A stretch of 32,000 nt of DNA from Alphaproteobacteria bacterium. GTDB taxonomy: Bacteria; Pseudomonadota; Alphaproteobacteria; Rs-D84. Each line of letters begins with the position of its first letter. The stretch's first letter is position 1. Below, piece by piece: positions 8,995-17,591 of this stretch. The position numbers and the translations under genes were made by a program. The notes under the pieces were generated by a model that was given only the letters and a program-made list of their open reading frames with translations, made no database searches and had not been told where the DNA came from. The stretch spans positions 90,001 to 122,000 of the forward strand of contig JAFVFD010000002.1 in assembly GCA_017475605.1 (NCBI GenBank), written 5' to 3'.

Positions 8995-10644
8995 ATGTTA
9001 CGTGCGTTAAATATATCTAATATTGTATTGATTGAAAAACTGAATCTTGAATTCGGCGCGGGGCTTAATATTTTAACAGGGGAAACGGGCGCGGGGAAAA
9101 GTATTTTGTTGGATGCGCTATCGTTGGCCCTGGGGGCGCGGTCGGATGTGGGGTTGGTGCGGTCTGGGTGTGAAATGGCTTCTGTGGTGGCGGAATTTGA
9201 TTCCACACCAAGCGCTGTTCAATCTATTTTGGTTGAAAATGGTATTGATACGGGCGATGAATTGATTTTGCGCCGCACATTGTCCGCCGATGGCAAAAGT
9301 CGTGCATGGATAAACGATATTCCGGTTTCTGTACGCGTGTTACACGATGTTGGGGATGCATTGGTTGAAATTCATGGACAGTTTGCGAATCACCGTTTGT
9401 TGAACCAGGCGACGCATCGCGCGGCATTGGACGAATTTGCCATGGTTCATATTGATGGTTTTTCAGAATTACTTTCCGCCACACGCAACGCATATAATGA
9501 ATACCACGCCGTTGATTTAAAATTGCGCGATTTGCGTGAAACGGTTGCGCGTGCGGCTGACGAACGGGATTTTTTAGCGCATAATGTCGCGGAATTGCGC
9601 GCACTTGATGTACAGCCCGGGGAAGAGGCTGAATTGGCCGACAAACGTGCAACAATGATGAACGCGGAAAAGAACGCGGCAATTGTATCTGATGCGGCGA
9701 CCGCCATGGCACCGAATGGGAAATCATTGGATGCATTTGTGTTTGATGTCGCGCATATTCTGGAACGCATCAAGACGGAACCTAACCCATATGCCACGCA
9801 AATTGAACGGTTATACGAAGTGGCAGACAGTCTGGCGACTGTATCGGCGCAATTGAATCCCGATGATACAGATATATCAAGCATTGATGAAATAGAAGAA
9901 CGGCTTTTTGCGATACGTGCCGCCGCGCGCAAGCATCGTGTGCCTGCGGACGAATTGCCGCAAAAGCTGGAACAAATGGCGGCCCAATTGGATACGATTG
10001 ATAATTCGGATGCGTTGTTAAGCAAACTTACACAAGAGCAGGCCAATTTACGCAAAAATTTTGACGCGTGTGCGACAAAGTTAACAGCGGCGCGCATTGA
10101 TGCAGCCGATGTGTTAAGAACGCGCCTGCGGGCAGAATTGCCTGATTTAAAACTGGCTAATGCAGATTTTGTTGCAGAACGGGTGGAAACATCGCCGTCG
10201 GCGACGGGTGTTGACGATATAACATTTATGATTAAAACCAATCCGGGATCACCGTTTGCGCCATTACACAAATCTGCATCGGGTGGGGAATTGGCGCGTT
10301 TAATGCTGGCAATGCGGGTTGTGCTGATAAACGATAGCGATTCACATATATTTGTGTTTGATGAAATCGATACGGGAATCAGTGGTGCCACAGCATCGGC
10401 GGTTGGTGCCCGATTGAATCGACTGGCAACAACGTCGCAAACACTTGTTGTTACCCATTCCGCCCAGGTGGCCGGGTTTGCCGATCATCATTTCAAAATT
10501 GAAAAAAGTGTTGCGAATGATAAAACGACAACAACGGTTCGCGAAATAGTGGGCGATGAACGGGTAAACGAGGTTGCCCGAATAATAAGTGGCGCGGAAA
10601 TTACACCTGAATCAATTGCAACCGCTAAAACTCTGATAAAGTAA
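8995..10644 (+). CDS. recN: DNA repair protein RecN
   Basis: The start MLRALNISNIVLIEKLNLEFGAGLNILTGETGAGKSILLDAL (Walker A) is typical of RecN. A long central coiled coil follows. The C-terminal ABC signature and Walker B read ASGGELARLMLAM...IFVFDEIDTGISG, then TLVVTHSAQVA. The ATG at 8995 is preferred over the TTG at 8959. Confidence 0.95.
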   Translation: MLRALNISNIVLIEKLNLEFGAGLNILTGETGAGKSILLDALSLALGARSDVGLVRSGCEMASVVAEFDSTPSAVQSILVENGIDTGDELILRRTLSADGKSRAWINDIPVSVRVLHDVGDALVEIHGQFANHRLLNQATHRAALDEFAMVHIDGFSELLSATRNAYNEYHAVDLKLRDLRETVARAADERDFLAHNVAELRALDVQPGEEAELADKRATMMNAEKNAAIVSDAATAMAPNGKSLDAFVFDVAHILERIKTEPNPYATQIERLYEVADSLATVSAQLNPDDTDISSIDEIEERLFAIRAAARKHRVPADELPQKLEQMAAQLDTIDNSDALLSKLTQEQANLRKNFDACATKLTAARIDAADVLRTRLRAELPDLKLANADFVAERVETSPSATGVDDITFMIKTNPGSPFAPLHKSASGGELARLMLAMRVVLINDSDSHIFVFDEIDTGISGATASAVGARLNRLATTSQTLVVTHSAQVAGFADHHFKIEKSVANDKTTTTVREIVGDERVNEVARIISGAEITPESIATAKTLIK

Positions 10645-10646
10645 AA

Positions 10647-10674
10647 ATGTCCCGAACGGGACATTTATATTTTT
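10647..10674. terminator. Hairpin terminator between convergent recN and xseA
   Basis: ATGTCCC (10647-10653) pairs with GGGACAT (10658-10664), followed by a T-rich run. It abuts the xseA stop codon at 10665. Confidence 0.6.
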
Positions 10675-11897
10675 AATACACCGTCGGCAAATTCAATTGT
10701 CGCTGGTTTTCCGGCATCAACGCGGGTTATGATTTTATCTTTGCTGTCGCGAACAATCGCATATCCGCGCGCCAAGACGTTTTTGTAACTTAAACTGTTC
10801 AACATCTGGCCGATATGATTTACAGATTGATTCAAGGTCGCCAGGCGTGTCGTTAAAGTGTTTATAAAACCGTCTGTCATCATCATTTTTTGATGTGCGT
10901 TTTGAATTTTAGAATTGATAATAATATCCATTGTGTGCGATATATCATCAATTCGTTGCTGATGCTCCATAACGACCTGGCGCGGACTTTTAATATTTAT
11001 CGATTCAATGCGTTGTTTGGCGTGTTCAAGTCGCGTTACAAAAGCCCCTGATATTCTATGCCAAAAATTATCAATTTCCTGTCCTAGTGCCAGTTTGGTG
11101 GGTACAACCATTTCCGCCGCACCGGTGGGGGTTGGGGCGCGCACATCGGCGGCAAAGTCAATCAACATCCAGTCTGGTTCGTGTCCGACACCGGAAATAA
11201 GTGGTATATGGCTGGCCGCGGCGGCACGAACAACAATTTCTTCGGAAAACGGTAGTAAATCTTCCAGTGCGCCGCCACCACGCGCAACAATGATTACATC
11301 CACATTATTCATGCGGTTAAAATATTCAATGCCGGCGGCAACCTCGGCCGCGGCGGTTGTTCCCTGGACCGTTGCGGGATAAAGCAATACGCGCACCGGG
11401 AAACGTTCCCGCAAACGATTTTGAATGTCCTGGAATGCGGCACCGGTCGGGCTGGTTACAACCCCAATTGTTTGTGGCAGGCGCGGCAAAGGTTTCTTGC
11501 GCGATGTGTCAAACAATCCTTCGGCGGCAAGTTTTTGTTTGCGTTCTTCCAGCATTTTAAGAATTGCACCGACACCCGCCATTTCAATTTCACTTACCAC
11601 AATTTGATAATTACTGCGGGCGGGGTATGTCGTAAAACGGCCGGTAATAACAACCTCCATACCGTCTTCAAGTTTGAACGGAACGGGTGTACTGCGCCAA
11701 ATTATAACGGAAATTGCGGCACCGGAATCTTTTATTGTCATATAGATATGACCCGATGTCGCGCGTGTTATTTGCGACAGTTCGCCACGAATTTTTATGC
11801 GCGGAAATGCGGTTTCAACCACGCCTTTTAACAAGGCGGACGCGTCAGATACACTAAAAATTGTATCGGCATTAACGGCCGGTTCTGGTCTTTGCAT
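10665..11897 (-). CDS. xseA: Exodeoxyribonuclease VII large subunit
   Basis: The N-terminal OB-fold region reads FSVSDASALLKGVVETAFPRIKIRGELSQ....SGHIYMTIKD. The catalytic core reads IGVVTSPTGAAFQDI...VIIVARGGGALEDLLPFSEE, followed by PLISGVGHEPD. Length is 410 aa. Confidence 0.95.
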   Translation of the reverse strand: MQRPEPAVNADTIFSVSDASALLKGVVETAFPRIKIRGELSQITRATSGHIYMTIKDSGAAISVIIWRSTPVPFKLEDGMEVVITGRFTTYPARSNYQIVVSEIEMAGVGAILKMLEERKQKLAAEGLFDTSRKKPLPRLPQTIGVVTSPTGAAFQDIQNRLRERFPVRVLLYPATVQGTTAAAEVAAGIEYFNRMNNVDVIIVARGGGALEDLLPFSEEIVVRAAAASHIPLISGVGHEPDWMLIDFAADVRAPTPTGAAEMVVPTKLALGQEIDNFWHRISGAFVTRLEHAKQRIESINIKSPRQVVMEHQQRIDDISHTMDIIINSKIQNAHQKMMMTDGFINTLTTRLATLNQSVNHIGQMLNSLSYKNVLARGYAIVRDSKDKIITRVDAGKPATIEFADGVLKI

Positions 11898-11898
11898 C

Positions 11899-12390
11899 TT
11901 ATCGTTTTTCCAATTCTGTCATTATTTCCCTGATGAACATATTTTTATTCGGGGTTTTCATATCCTGGACACGTTTGTTTATCGGTGTTCCAATATCATA
12001 GGGAACAACCAACGGGTTGAACTGGTCGCCCGTTGGATCAAATGCGCGGTTGTGCATACGATCCCGCAGAAACACCACAGGCGCGTGTTCCCAAGTTCCA
12101 AGTTTTATCGCCGATGGTTCCCATACAGCATCACCACCATAAAGAGTATAAATACATATTGCCGACAGTGCGCAAAAACCCTTGGTATATGGGACAAAGC
12201 CATTAAACGGCATGTTGCCTACATATTTTTTGCGAAAAGATGGTTGTTTATATTTATCACGTAATACAGTTACAATACTGGTCAAAGAATACTGCATATC
12301 ATAAAGAGGCATAAAATCACGATCGATTTGTGCCGCCAATTCCAGTATGTTGCGTGTCGCCTTGTCATAAGAAGCAATATAATCAGTCAT
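11899..12390 (-). CDS. Hypothetical protein with a transglutaminase-like (Cys-His-Asp) motif arrangement
   Basis: This 163-aa ORF starts at the ATG at 12390. Its stop lies 1 nt before the xseA start, so the two are tightly coupled. GFCALSA ... WEHAPVVF ... AFDPTG resembles the G-x-C / H / DPT spacing of transglutaminase-core cysteine peptidase folds. The similarity was judged by eye only. Confidence 0.5.
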   Translation of the reverse strand: MTDYIASYDKATRNILELAAQIDRDFMPLYDMQYSLTSIVTVLRDKYKQPSFRKKYVGNMPFNGFVPYTKGFCALSAICIYTLYGGDAVWEPSAIKLGTWEHAPVVFLRDRMHNRAFDPTGDQFNPLVVPYDIGTPINKRVQDMKTPNKNMFIREIMTELEKR

Positions 12391-12428
12391 AATGATAATT
12401 ATATCATAAACGCACAAAAATTCAAGGT

Positions 12429-13565
12429 TTACAGTTCCGTCAACGGCCAGCGGGGGCGGGGGGCAACGGGTTCTGTTACCACTTTTCCGATTTTATAATT
12501 TTCTAAACCAGCCCACGCAATCATTGCGCCATTGTCGGTACAAAGATTCATAGGTGGTGCGGCAAAAACAATATTGTGCTTCTTGGCCAGGGCTTCCATG
12601 GCGGCGCGAATTGCGCTGTTTTTCGCAACACCGCCGGCAACAACCAGTGTTTTAGGTGATGCGTCCACAACGCGTGAATCAGAAAATGCGTGATTAAGGC
12701 GATTGATTATACAGTCCACAACGGCCGCCTGGAATGATGCGCAAAAATCATTGATAAATGCTTCATCGCGTGCGGTTTCATCTGTTCTGTCCAGGAACAC
12801 ACGCGCCGCGGTTTTTATACCACTAAAACTAAAATCACAGCCCGGCTTGTCGCACAATGGACGCGGGAAATCAAACGCATGTGGATTACCCAATTTTGCA
12901 CGATTATCAACTATTGGACCGCCAGGATACCCAAGACCCAACATTTTCGCAACCTTGTCAAAGGCTTCGCCGGCACTGTCGTCCAATGTTTGTCCAATCA
13001 ATTCATATTTGCCGACACCGCGCACCAATAAAATCTGACAATGACCACCCGATGCCAACATTAATAAATAGGGGAAATCAACCGATGTATTGCCGTCTGC
13101 GCCGGTGGCATTTGCCGCGTGCAAGCGCGGAACCAATGCGTGTCCTTCTAAATGATTCACCGCGACCAACGGTTTGCCTGTGGACTGGGCGATACCTGTG
13201 GCCGCCATCCAACCAACCAAGACCCCACCAATAAGGCCAGGACCCGCGGTTGCGGCAATAACATCAATGTCTGAAATGTTTTTGCCCGCACTGTTAAGGG
13301 TTTGTTTTATAACTTCGTCAATGGCAAGAATATGCGCACGCGCCGCCAGTTCGGGTACCACACCACCGTATTTTTGGTGTTCTGGTATTTGCGAATAAAT
13401 AATGTGCGATAAAATATTACGGTTTGAATCAACAATTGCGGCCGATGTTTCATCACAAGATGATTCTATGCCCAAACATAGTATTGGACGTTCGTTTTTG
13501 GCAACCGGCGCAAAACTGTCCAGTTTACCCATATCCATACGCATCAAGTTTTCTTCGTTGCTCAT
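12429..13565 (-). CDS. tsaD: tRNA N6-adenosine threonylcarbamoyltransferase TsaD
   Basis: Motifs are ILCLGIESSCDETSAAIV, GGVVPELAARAH, ATAGPGLIGGLLVG-like (ATAGPGLIGGVLVG), VNHLEGH, LMLASGGH and VVAGGVAKNS. The ATG overlaps the upstream gene's stop (ATGA at 13562-13565). Confidence 0.95.
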   Translation of the reverse strand: MSNEENLMRMDMGKLDSFAPVAKNERPILCLGIESSCDETSAAIVDSNRNILSHIIYSQIPEHQKYGGVVPELAARAHILAIDEVIKQTLNSAGKNISDIDVIAATAGPGLIGGVLVGWMAATGIAQSTGKPLVAVNHLEGHALVPRLHAANATGADGNTSVDFPYLLMLASGGHCQILLVRGVGKYELIGQTLDDSAGEAFDKVAKMLGLGYPGGPIVDNRAKLGNPHAFDFPRPLCDKPGCDFSFSGIKTAARVFLDRTDETARDEAFINDFCASFQAAVVDCIINRLNHAFSDSRVVDASPKTLVVAGGVAKNSAIRAAMEALAKKHNIVFAAPPMNLCTDNGAMIAWAGLENYKIGKVVTEPVAPRPRWPLTEL

Positions 13566-14260
13566 TTTTTTATTTCCAATAACATAATGCCTAAATTATT
13601 AGCCGTTTTTTGCCGTTTTGCAACATATTCATTAAAATTAACCTCAACAACGGCCCCCAGGCCCGACGAAGCATGCCGTAATATTTTTCCACCCGGCAAA
13701 AGAAAGCCCATGTGATGTACGGCTAGTTCTGTGCCTGTTTTGTTGATAAAATATGGATTGGCAGATAAAACGAACAAAACAATCAAAGGTTCATCGTTCT
13801 TTATTTCGCCCAAACTAGCATAAGGAATATATTTAAGTTTTACAGTTTTTGTTGGTGTTGTGTCGGATATATTATGAACCTTTTTCATCCACGCGGAACG
13901 ATTTATTGTTACGGTTCTTGTGGTTGTTTTACCATATTTATCGCTTACATTTTCAACCAAGTTCGCATTGTTCGGCACCCAATCTGTTTCAATAAAATGA
14001 TTGCGGTTTACAAAACCTATGACACCATTTTTATATCGTATGTGATTTAATTTTTCCTTATCACCATTTGCCAATGCGGTTTCAACAAATGTTGTACAGT
14101 CAAATGCATCAAATCGGATAAGGGGGTCTGTATCGGGTGCAACTTCTTCGCCAAGGGGGTCGCGCACATATTTCGCCCCGATGTACTGTTCGCCGATTGT
14201 TGTGTTGCGCGCACATGCGGTACAAACAAGAACAAAAAGCAGGGCGCAATATAATTTCAT
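13562..14260 (-). CDS. Putative lipoprotein, DUF1460-like (amidase-like fold family)
   Basis: The signal peptide has a lipobox-like end (MKLYCALLFVLVCTAC). YIGAKYVRDPLGEE....FDAFDCTTFVETALA resembles the conserved N-terminal block of DUF1460 proteins. The family call rests on memory of that motif only. Confidence 0.55.
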   Translation of the reverse strand: MKLYCALLFVLVCTACARNTTIGEQYIGAKYVRDPLGEEVAPDTDPLIRFDAFDCTTFVETALANGDKEKLNHIRYKNGVIGFVNRNHFIETDWVPNNANLVENVSDKYGKTTTRTVTINRSAWMKKVHNISDTTPTKTVKLKYIPYASLGEIKNDEPLIVLFVLSANPYFINKTGTELAVHHMGFLLPGGKILRHASSGLGAVVEVNFNEYVAKRQKTANNLGIMLLEIKK

Positions 14261-14263
14261 ACG

Positions 14264-14563
14264 TTAAATGTTTTCTTTCAATATTATGCCGGTATGGCAC
14301 AACGAAATCGCATCACGAACAACCATTTCGTGTGCATCAGGCAGGGTTGCCATTTTATTCACACATGCCACAATTAAATTAATATCTGCATCATCGCTGG
14401 CCACAATAACACGTGCGGTTGTTGTGCGTTGTTCCGTTGATGCCGACAACCAATTTTTCAGATTCCCGGCCGCCAGATCATTTGAATGTTGTGTGTTAAA
14501 AAATATAAAAAACGCCGTTAATAATACAGCAATACCTAATAAAAACTTTAGTACAAACTTCAT
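14264..14563 (-). CDS. Small membrane-anchored hypothetical protein (99 aa)
   Basis: The ATG at 14563 is preceded by a GGGGG RBS. The N-terminal hydrophobic helix is MKFVLKFLLGIAVLLTAFFIFF. The gene is packed 3 nt from the downstream gene. No family is recognised. Confidence 0.5.
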   Translation of the reverse strand: MKFVLKFLLGIAVLLTAFFIFFNTQHSNDLAAGNLKNWLSASTEQRTTTARVIVASDDADINLIVACVNKMATLPDAHEMVVRDAISLCHTGIILKENI

Positions 14564-14576
14564 ATCTGCCCCCAAA

Positions 14577-14933
14577 TTATTCGCAATTTACCAACCACAA
14601 ATCATAATCTGCGTTTTGCAGTGGATTTTCACCAGGTTCGTTTTTGTTCATCCACCCACCAAATATTTTCCCTTCGCTTGCGGTCGAGATTTCAATAAAC
14701 ATAAAAGCATTTTCTGCCATAAACGGGTCGGTCTGTTTACATGTGCGAACAATGAAATTAAGTTTTTCGTATTTTGCATCGTACCCAACAGGAATGGTGG
14801 TTGTGTGGGTCTTGCCCGATGTTTTATCCAATATAGTTATAACGGCATTTGGGCGGTCAACATATGCGTTCGCCGCCGGCATTATGCCAACAAAAAACAA
14901 TAATAAACTTAAAAGTGCTGTAATTTTTTTCAT
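14577..14933 (-). CDS. DUF2155-like secreted protein
   Basis: The signal peptide is MKKITALLSLLLFFVGIMPAANA. The pattern ILDKTSGKTHTTTIPVG...LNFIVRTC...AFMFIE....IFGGWMNKNEPGENPLQNADYDLWLVNC matches the DUF2155 layout (LDK.t, C, aF..i, GWMf, YD.w...C) common in Alphaproteobacteria. Confidence 0.65.
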   Translation of the reverse strand: MKKITALLSLLLFFVGIMPAANAYVDRPNAVITILDKTSGKTHTTTIPVGYDAKYEKLNFIVRTCKQTDPFMAENAFMFIEISTASEGKIFGGWMNKNEPGENPLQNADYDLWLVNCE

Positions 14934-14982
14934 GATTGTTATTTTACATTCAGCATCGCCCGATGTCAAACGCATAAATTAT

Positions 14983-15011
14983 AAAACAAAAAAGTCCCGC
15001 AGTTGCGGGAC
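14983..15011 (-). terminator. Rho-independent terminator after rplS
   Basis: On the minus strand, GTCCCGC / GCGGGAC (14994-15011) is followed by TTTTTTGTTTT. Confidence 0.7.
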
Positions 15012-15031
15012 CTTTATATCCGAAAAAAGAA

Positions 15032-15427
15032 TTAGTCTTTGTTCGCGGCTTTTTCAGCAGATGTCGCAGACAAGTCTTCGACAATACGTGCCTTTTTGCC
15101 AGACAACCCACGCAAGAAGAATAATTTTGCGCGACGAACACGGCCAATACGAACTTTTTCAATTTTTTCGATGGCTGGGCTGTACAATGGGAACTTGCGT
15201 TCTACACCAACACCGTATGATTCACGACGTACAGTGAAAGATGCGTTGTTAGTATTGCCGCCATCACGTGCGATAACGACACCTTCGAACATCTGAATGC
15301 GGAACTTGTCGCCATCTTTAATTTTTACATGAACTTTTACTGTATCCCCAGCCTTGAAATCTGGGATTTTCTTGTCGCCTGCAACCTTTGCGATGTTTGC
15401 GGCTTCGATTTTTTTCAAGATACTCAT
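15032..15427 (-). CDS. rplS: 50S ribosomal protein L19
   Basis: [66 protein letters not shown]-like is the canonical L19 sequence. The gene occupies the last position of the rpsP-rimM-trmD-rplS operon. Confidence 0.97.
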   Translation of the reverse strand: MSILKKIEAANIAKVAGDKKIPDFKAGDTVKVHVKIKDGDKFRIQMFEGVVIARDGGNTNNASFTVRRESYGVGVERKFPLYSPAIEKIEKVRIGRVRRAKLFFLRGLSGKKARIVEDLSATSAEKAANKD

Positions 15428-15428
15428 T

Positions 15429-16109
15429 TTACTTTTCCTTTATTAAGTCCGGACGACGTTGTTTCGTTATTTCGTCCGATTGTTGTTTCCGCCACCGTTC
15501 GATATTGCCATGGTGGCCGGACAGCAGGACTTCTGGGACACTTTGTCCACGCCATACTGACGGACGGGTATATAATGGCCATTCAAGCCCGCCGATTTCA
15601 AAACTTTCATTTGCGGTGGATTCAGCACCACCATGCAGCACATTATCCATCACGCGAACGCAACTGTCAACAAAAACCTGGGCTGCGATTTCGCCACCAG
15701 ATAAAATATAATCACCGATGGACAATTCCGTTATATTATACATATCAATAACGCGTTGGTCAATTCCTTCGTATCGACCGCAAAGCAGGGTGTATGTCGC
15801 ATCGGCATCTGCGGCAAATTCGCGCACCATTTTTTGCGTTAATGTTGGTCCGCGGGGCGAAAAATATATGATTTTTCCGGGGGTTTTAACGGAATCAATT
15901 GCATCGCCCAACGCGTCTGGGCGCATAACCATTCCCGCGCCACCGCCGAATTGTTCATCGTCAACCGACCCATAATTATTTATCGCAAAATCACGAATAT
16001 TGACAACATCATACGACCAAACACCATGTTCAAGGGCGCGACCAACCACGCCACCGCCCAGGGTGCCCGGAAACATTTCTGGAAAGATGGTCAGTATGTT
16101 AAAGTGCAT
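15429..16109 (-). CDS. trmD: tRNA (guanine37-N1)-methyltransferase TrmD
   Basis: The start [15 protein letters not shown] is the typical TrmD N-terminus. Other motifs are [43 protein letters not shown] and [13 protein letters not shown]. The ATG at 16109 is preferred over the upstream TTG. Confidence 0.95.
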   Translation of the reverse strand: MHFNILTIFPEMFPGTLGGGVVGRALEHGVWSYDVVNIRDFAINNYGSVDDEQFGGGAGMVMRPDALGDAIDSVKTPGKIIYFSPRGPTLTQKMVREFAADADATYTLLCGRYEGIDQRVIDMYNITELSIGDYILSGGEIAAQVFVDSCVRVMDNVLHGGAESTANESFEIGGLEWPLYTRPSVWRGQSVPEVLLSGHHGNIERWRKQQSDEITKQRRPDLIKEK

Positions 16110-16110
16110 T

Positions 16111-16260
16111 TTATTTCGTCTTTCCCAGGCATTTAGCAATTTTTGCTATAATATTTTGATCTTGGTGTACGATAATAACGCTGCTTTGTGGCAACATGCG
16201 ATGTGCCAACAGATTATTTATCGTTTCAGATTGTTTTTGTTTATACAAATTGTCTGTCAT
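16111..16260 (-). CDS. Candidate 49-aa small ORF between rimM and trmD
   Basis: My own translation of the minus strand gives MTDNLYKQKQSETINNLLAHRMLPQSSVIIVHQDQNIIAKIAKCLGKTK. Its ATG overlaps the rimM TGA (ATGA at 16257-16260), and its TAA ends 1 nt before the trmD ATG. It is below the ORF-track length cutoff. Coding status is unproven. Confidence 0.3.
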   Translation of the reverse strand: MTDNLYKQKQSETINNLLAHRMLPQSSVIIVHQDQNIIAKIAKCLGKTK

Positions 16261-16724
16261 AAATTAATTTCCTTTTTTACCATATCAACGGACGCGCCAA
16301 TGAATGAAACATAATCACCGTTATCCAATTCAATAATATCACCGGCACCAAAGTTCTGAAAGCCCGCAACAACACCAATTTTTTTACCATCACGCAGGAC
16401 GGTAAATCCAATTAAATCTGCCTGGTAATATTCGTCTGACGAAAGTTCGGGCAGGGTGTCGCGGTCAATATAAAGTTCGGTTCCACGTAATGTTTCCGCG
16501 GCATTACGATTATCGAAGCCGGCAATGTGTGCGATAATTACAGTTGAATTCGGCACCACACGAACAAACTTAAAATCCGTTTCTTTGAACTTTGAACTTT
16601 GAACTTTGAAATCTCGAAAATCCGCCGGGTTTTCGCTAAATGTCTGAACGCGAACATCGCCCCGGATTCCCTGGGGCGCGACAATTTTACCAACCAAAAT
16701 TTTATCGCATGTATTCACGGACAT
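16257..16724 (-). CDS. rimM: 16S rRNA processing protein RimM
   Basis: ILVGKIVAPQGIRGDVRVQTFSENP is the RimM N-terminal beta-barrel signature. LPELSSDEYYQADLIGFTV..DGKKIGVV matches the PRC barrel. The start is ambiguous: ATG 16724, GTG 16718 or TTG 16697. Confidence 0.9.
   Translation of the reverse strand: MSVNTCDKILVGKIVAPQGIRGDVRVQTFSENPADFRDFKVQSSKFKETDFKFVRVVPNSTVIIAHIAGFDNRNAAETLRGTELYIDRDTLPELSSDEYYQADLIGFTVLRDGKKIGVVAGFQNFGAGDIIELDNGDYVSFIGASVDMVKKEINL
16583..16610. repeat. Perfect tandem heptanucleotide repeat (CTTTGAA)x4 inside rimM
   Basis: Direct reading shows CTTTGAA at 16583, 16590, 16597 and 16604. On the coding strand this is (TTCAAAG)x4, encoding FKVQSSKFK. Confidence 0.9.
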
Positions 16725-16950
16725 TTTTTGCTTTTAACAGAATAGTTTTGATTTCTTTTATGTAATTGTCGACGTTTAAATTGTTTTCAACCGCATATTC
16801 AATCAGTGTGTCAATGTTTTGAACATAACTGTCATAGACAATATCGCGTTGCTCTTTTGTTAAAAATCGTAAATGTGCAAAAACTTCACGATTCAAGAGA
16901 CGAACGCAATATTGTCTGGTGTGTTTGACTCTGTTACTTTCAATAAACAT
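16702..16950 (-). CDS. Hypothetical 82-aa protein inserted between rpsP and rimM
   Basis: The ATG overlaps the rpsP stop (TAATG at 16948-16952), and the 3' end overlaps the ATG-defined rimM start by 23 nt. The sequence looks helical (..TKEQRDIVYDSYVQNIDTLIEYAVENNLNVDNYIKEIKTILLKAK..). It has no KH-type GxxG motif and no recognised family. Confidence 0.5.
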   Translation of the reverse strand: MFIESNRVKHTRQYCVRLLNREVFAHLRFLTKEQRDIVYDSYVQNIDTLIEYAVENNLNVDNYIKEIKTILLKAKNVREYMR

Positions 16951-17399
16951 TATTCTGCAACCGCTTCTGCTGGTGCTTCGGCGACAGGTTCTTCTGCTGG
17001 TGCTTCGGCTGCGGCCTTGGCGGCTGCTTCTGCAGCTGCTTTTTCTTCAGCAATCTTGGCTAATTTTGCTTCTTTGTCTTTGATTTTCTGTTGTGTTTTT
17101 TCAGACGGCTGATTTTTCTTGGTCTGATTTGGAATTGGCTTCGCAGTTGCCAAGCCTGCCTTGACCATAAATTTATAAACGCGATCTGATGGCTGTGCGC
17201 CCTTGGCCAACCAAGCCTTTAATTCATCAATTTTCAAGATAACGCGTTTGTCGCTGTCTTTTGGTTGCATTGGGTCGTATTTACCAACGACTTCCAAAAT
17301 ATTACCAGAATTACGCGCGTTGCGTGAATCGGTAACAACAACATGATAATACGGACGTTTTTTTGCGCCAAAACGTGCCAAACGAATAACAGTAGCCAT
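16950..17399 (-). CDS. rpsP: 30S ribosomal protein S16 with an Ala/Glu/Lys-rich C-terminal extension
   Basis: MATVIRLARFGAKKRPYYHVVVTDSRNARNSGNILEVVGKYDPM is canonical S16. The true start is the ATG at 17399, so the 43-aa upstream extension in the ORF track is spurious. The tail reads AKIAEEKAAAEAAAKAAAEAPAEEPVAEAPAEAVAE. Confidence 0.95.
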   Translation of the reverse strand: MATVIRLARFGAKKRPYYHVVVTDSRNARNSGNILEVVGKYDPMQPKDSDKRVILKIDELKAWLAKGAQPSDRVYKFMVKAGLATAKPIPNQTKKNQPSEKTQQKIKDKEAKLAKIAEEKAAAEAAAKAAAEAPAEEPVAEAPAEAVAE

Positions 17400-17548
17400 A
17401 TTTTTATCCTTTTTGTTTTTTGTGTTTATAAAAAACCTTTGCCCCAAAAGAAAACCGCCATCAAGAGCGAAAACTCGCCGGTTGATGTTCCACACGCATA
17501 CTGCGTACTGGGTTGATTTAAATGGCAATCTTTGGGATTTGCTGGGTA

Positions 17549-17577
17549 ATTATGTATTAAAAAATGCCGAAAGTCAA
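17549..17577 (-). promoter_or_regulatory. Candidate sigma70 promoter of the rpsP operon
   Basis: The minus strand reads TTGACT (17577-17572), a 17-nt spacer, then CATAAT (17554-17549). This leaves a leader of roughly 140 nt before the rpsP ATG. Confidence 0.45.
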
Positions 17578-17591
17578 ATAATTATTACTAT

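Noticed and set aside
9447-10391. A 314-aa minus-strand ORF, plus a second one at 9224..9736.
   Set aside because: Both lie entirely inside recN on the opposite strand. They have low-complexity Ser/Ala/Arg composition and no start-site signals, so they are shadow ORFs.
14268-15237. Plus-strand ORFs of 211 aa and 197 aa.
   Set aside because: They are antisense to the well-supported DUF2155-like, small membrane and rplS genes. Their Cys/Phe/Ile-rich composition is not protein-like.
16953-17060. GC-rich GCTGC/GCGGC-type repeats, also seen at 25746-25800.
   Set aside because: These encode the Ala/Glu/Pro-rich C-terminal tails of S16 and L25, which are common in Alphaproteobacteria. They are not CRISPR or REP elements.
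17400-17528. The 43-aa N-terminal extension of the rpsP ORF.
   Set aside because: The canonical S16 N-terminus MATVIRLARFG starts at 17399. The extension is leader sequence.
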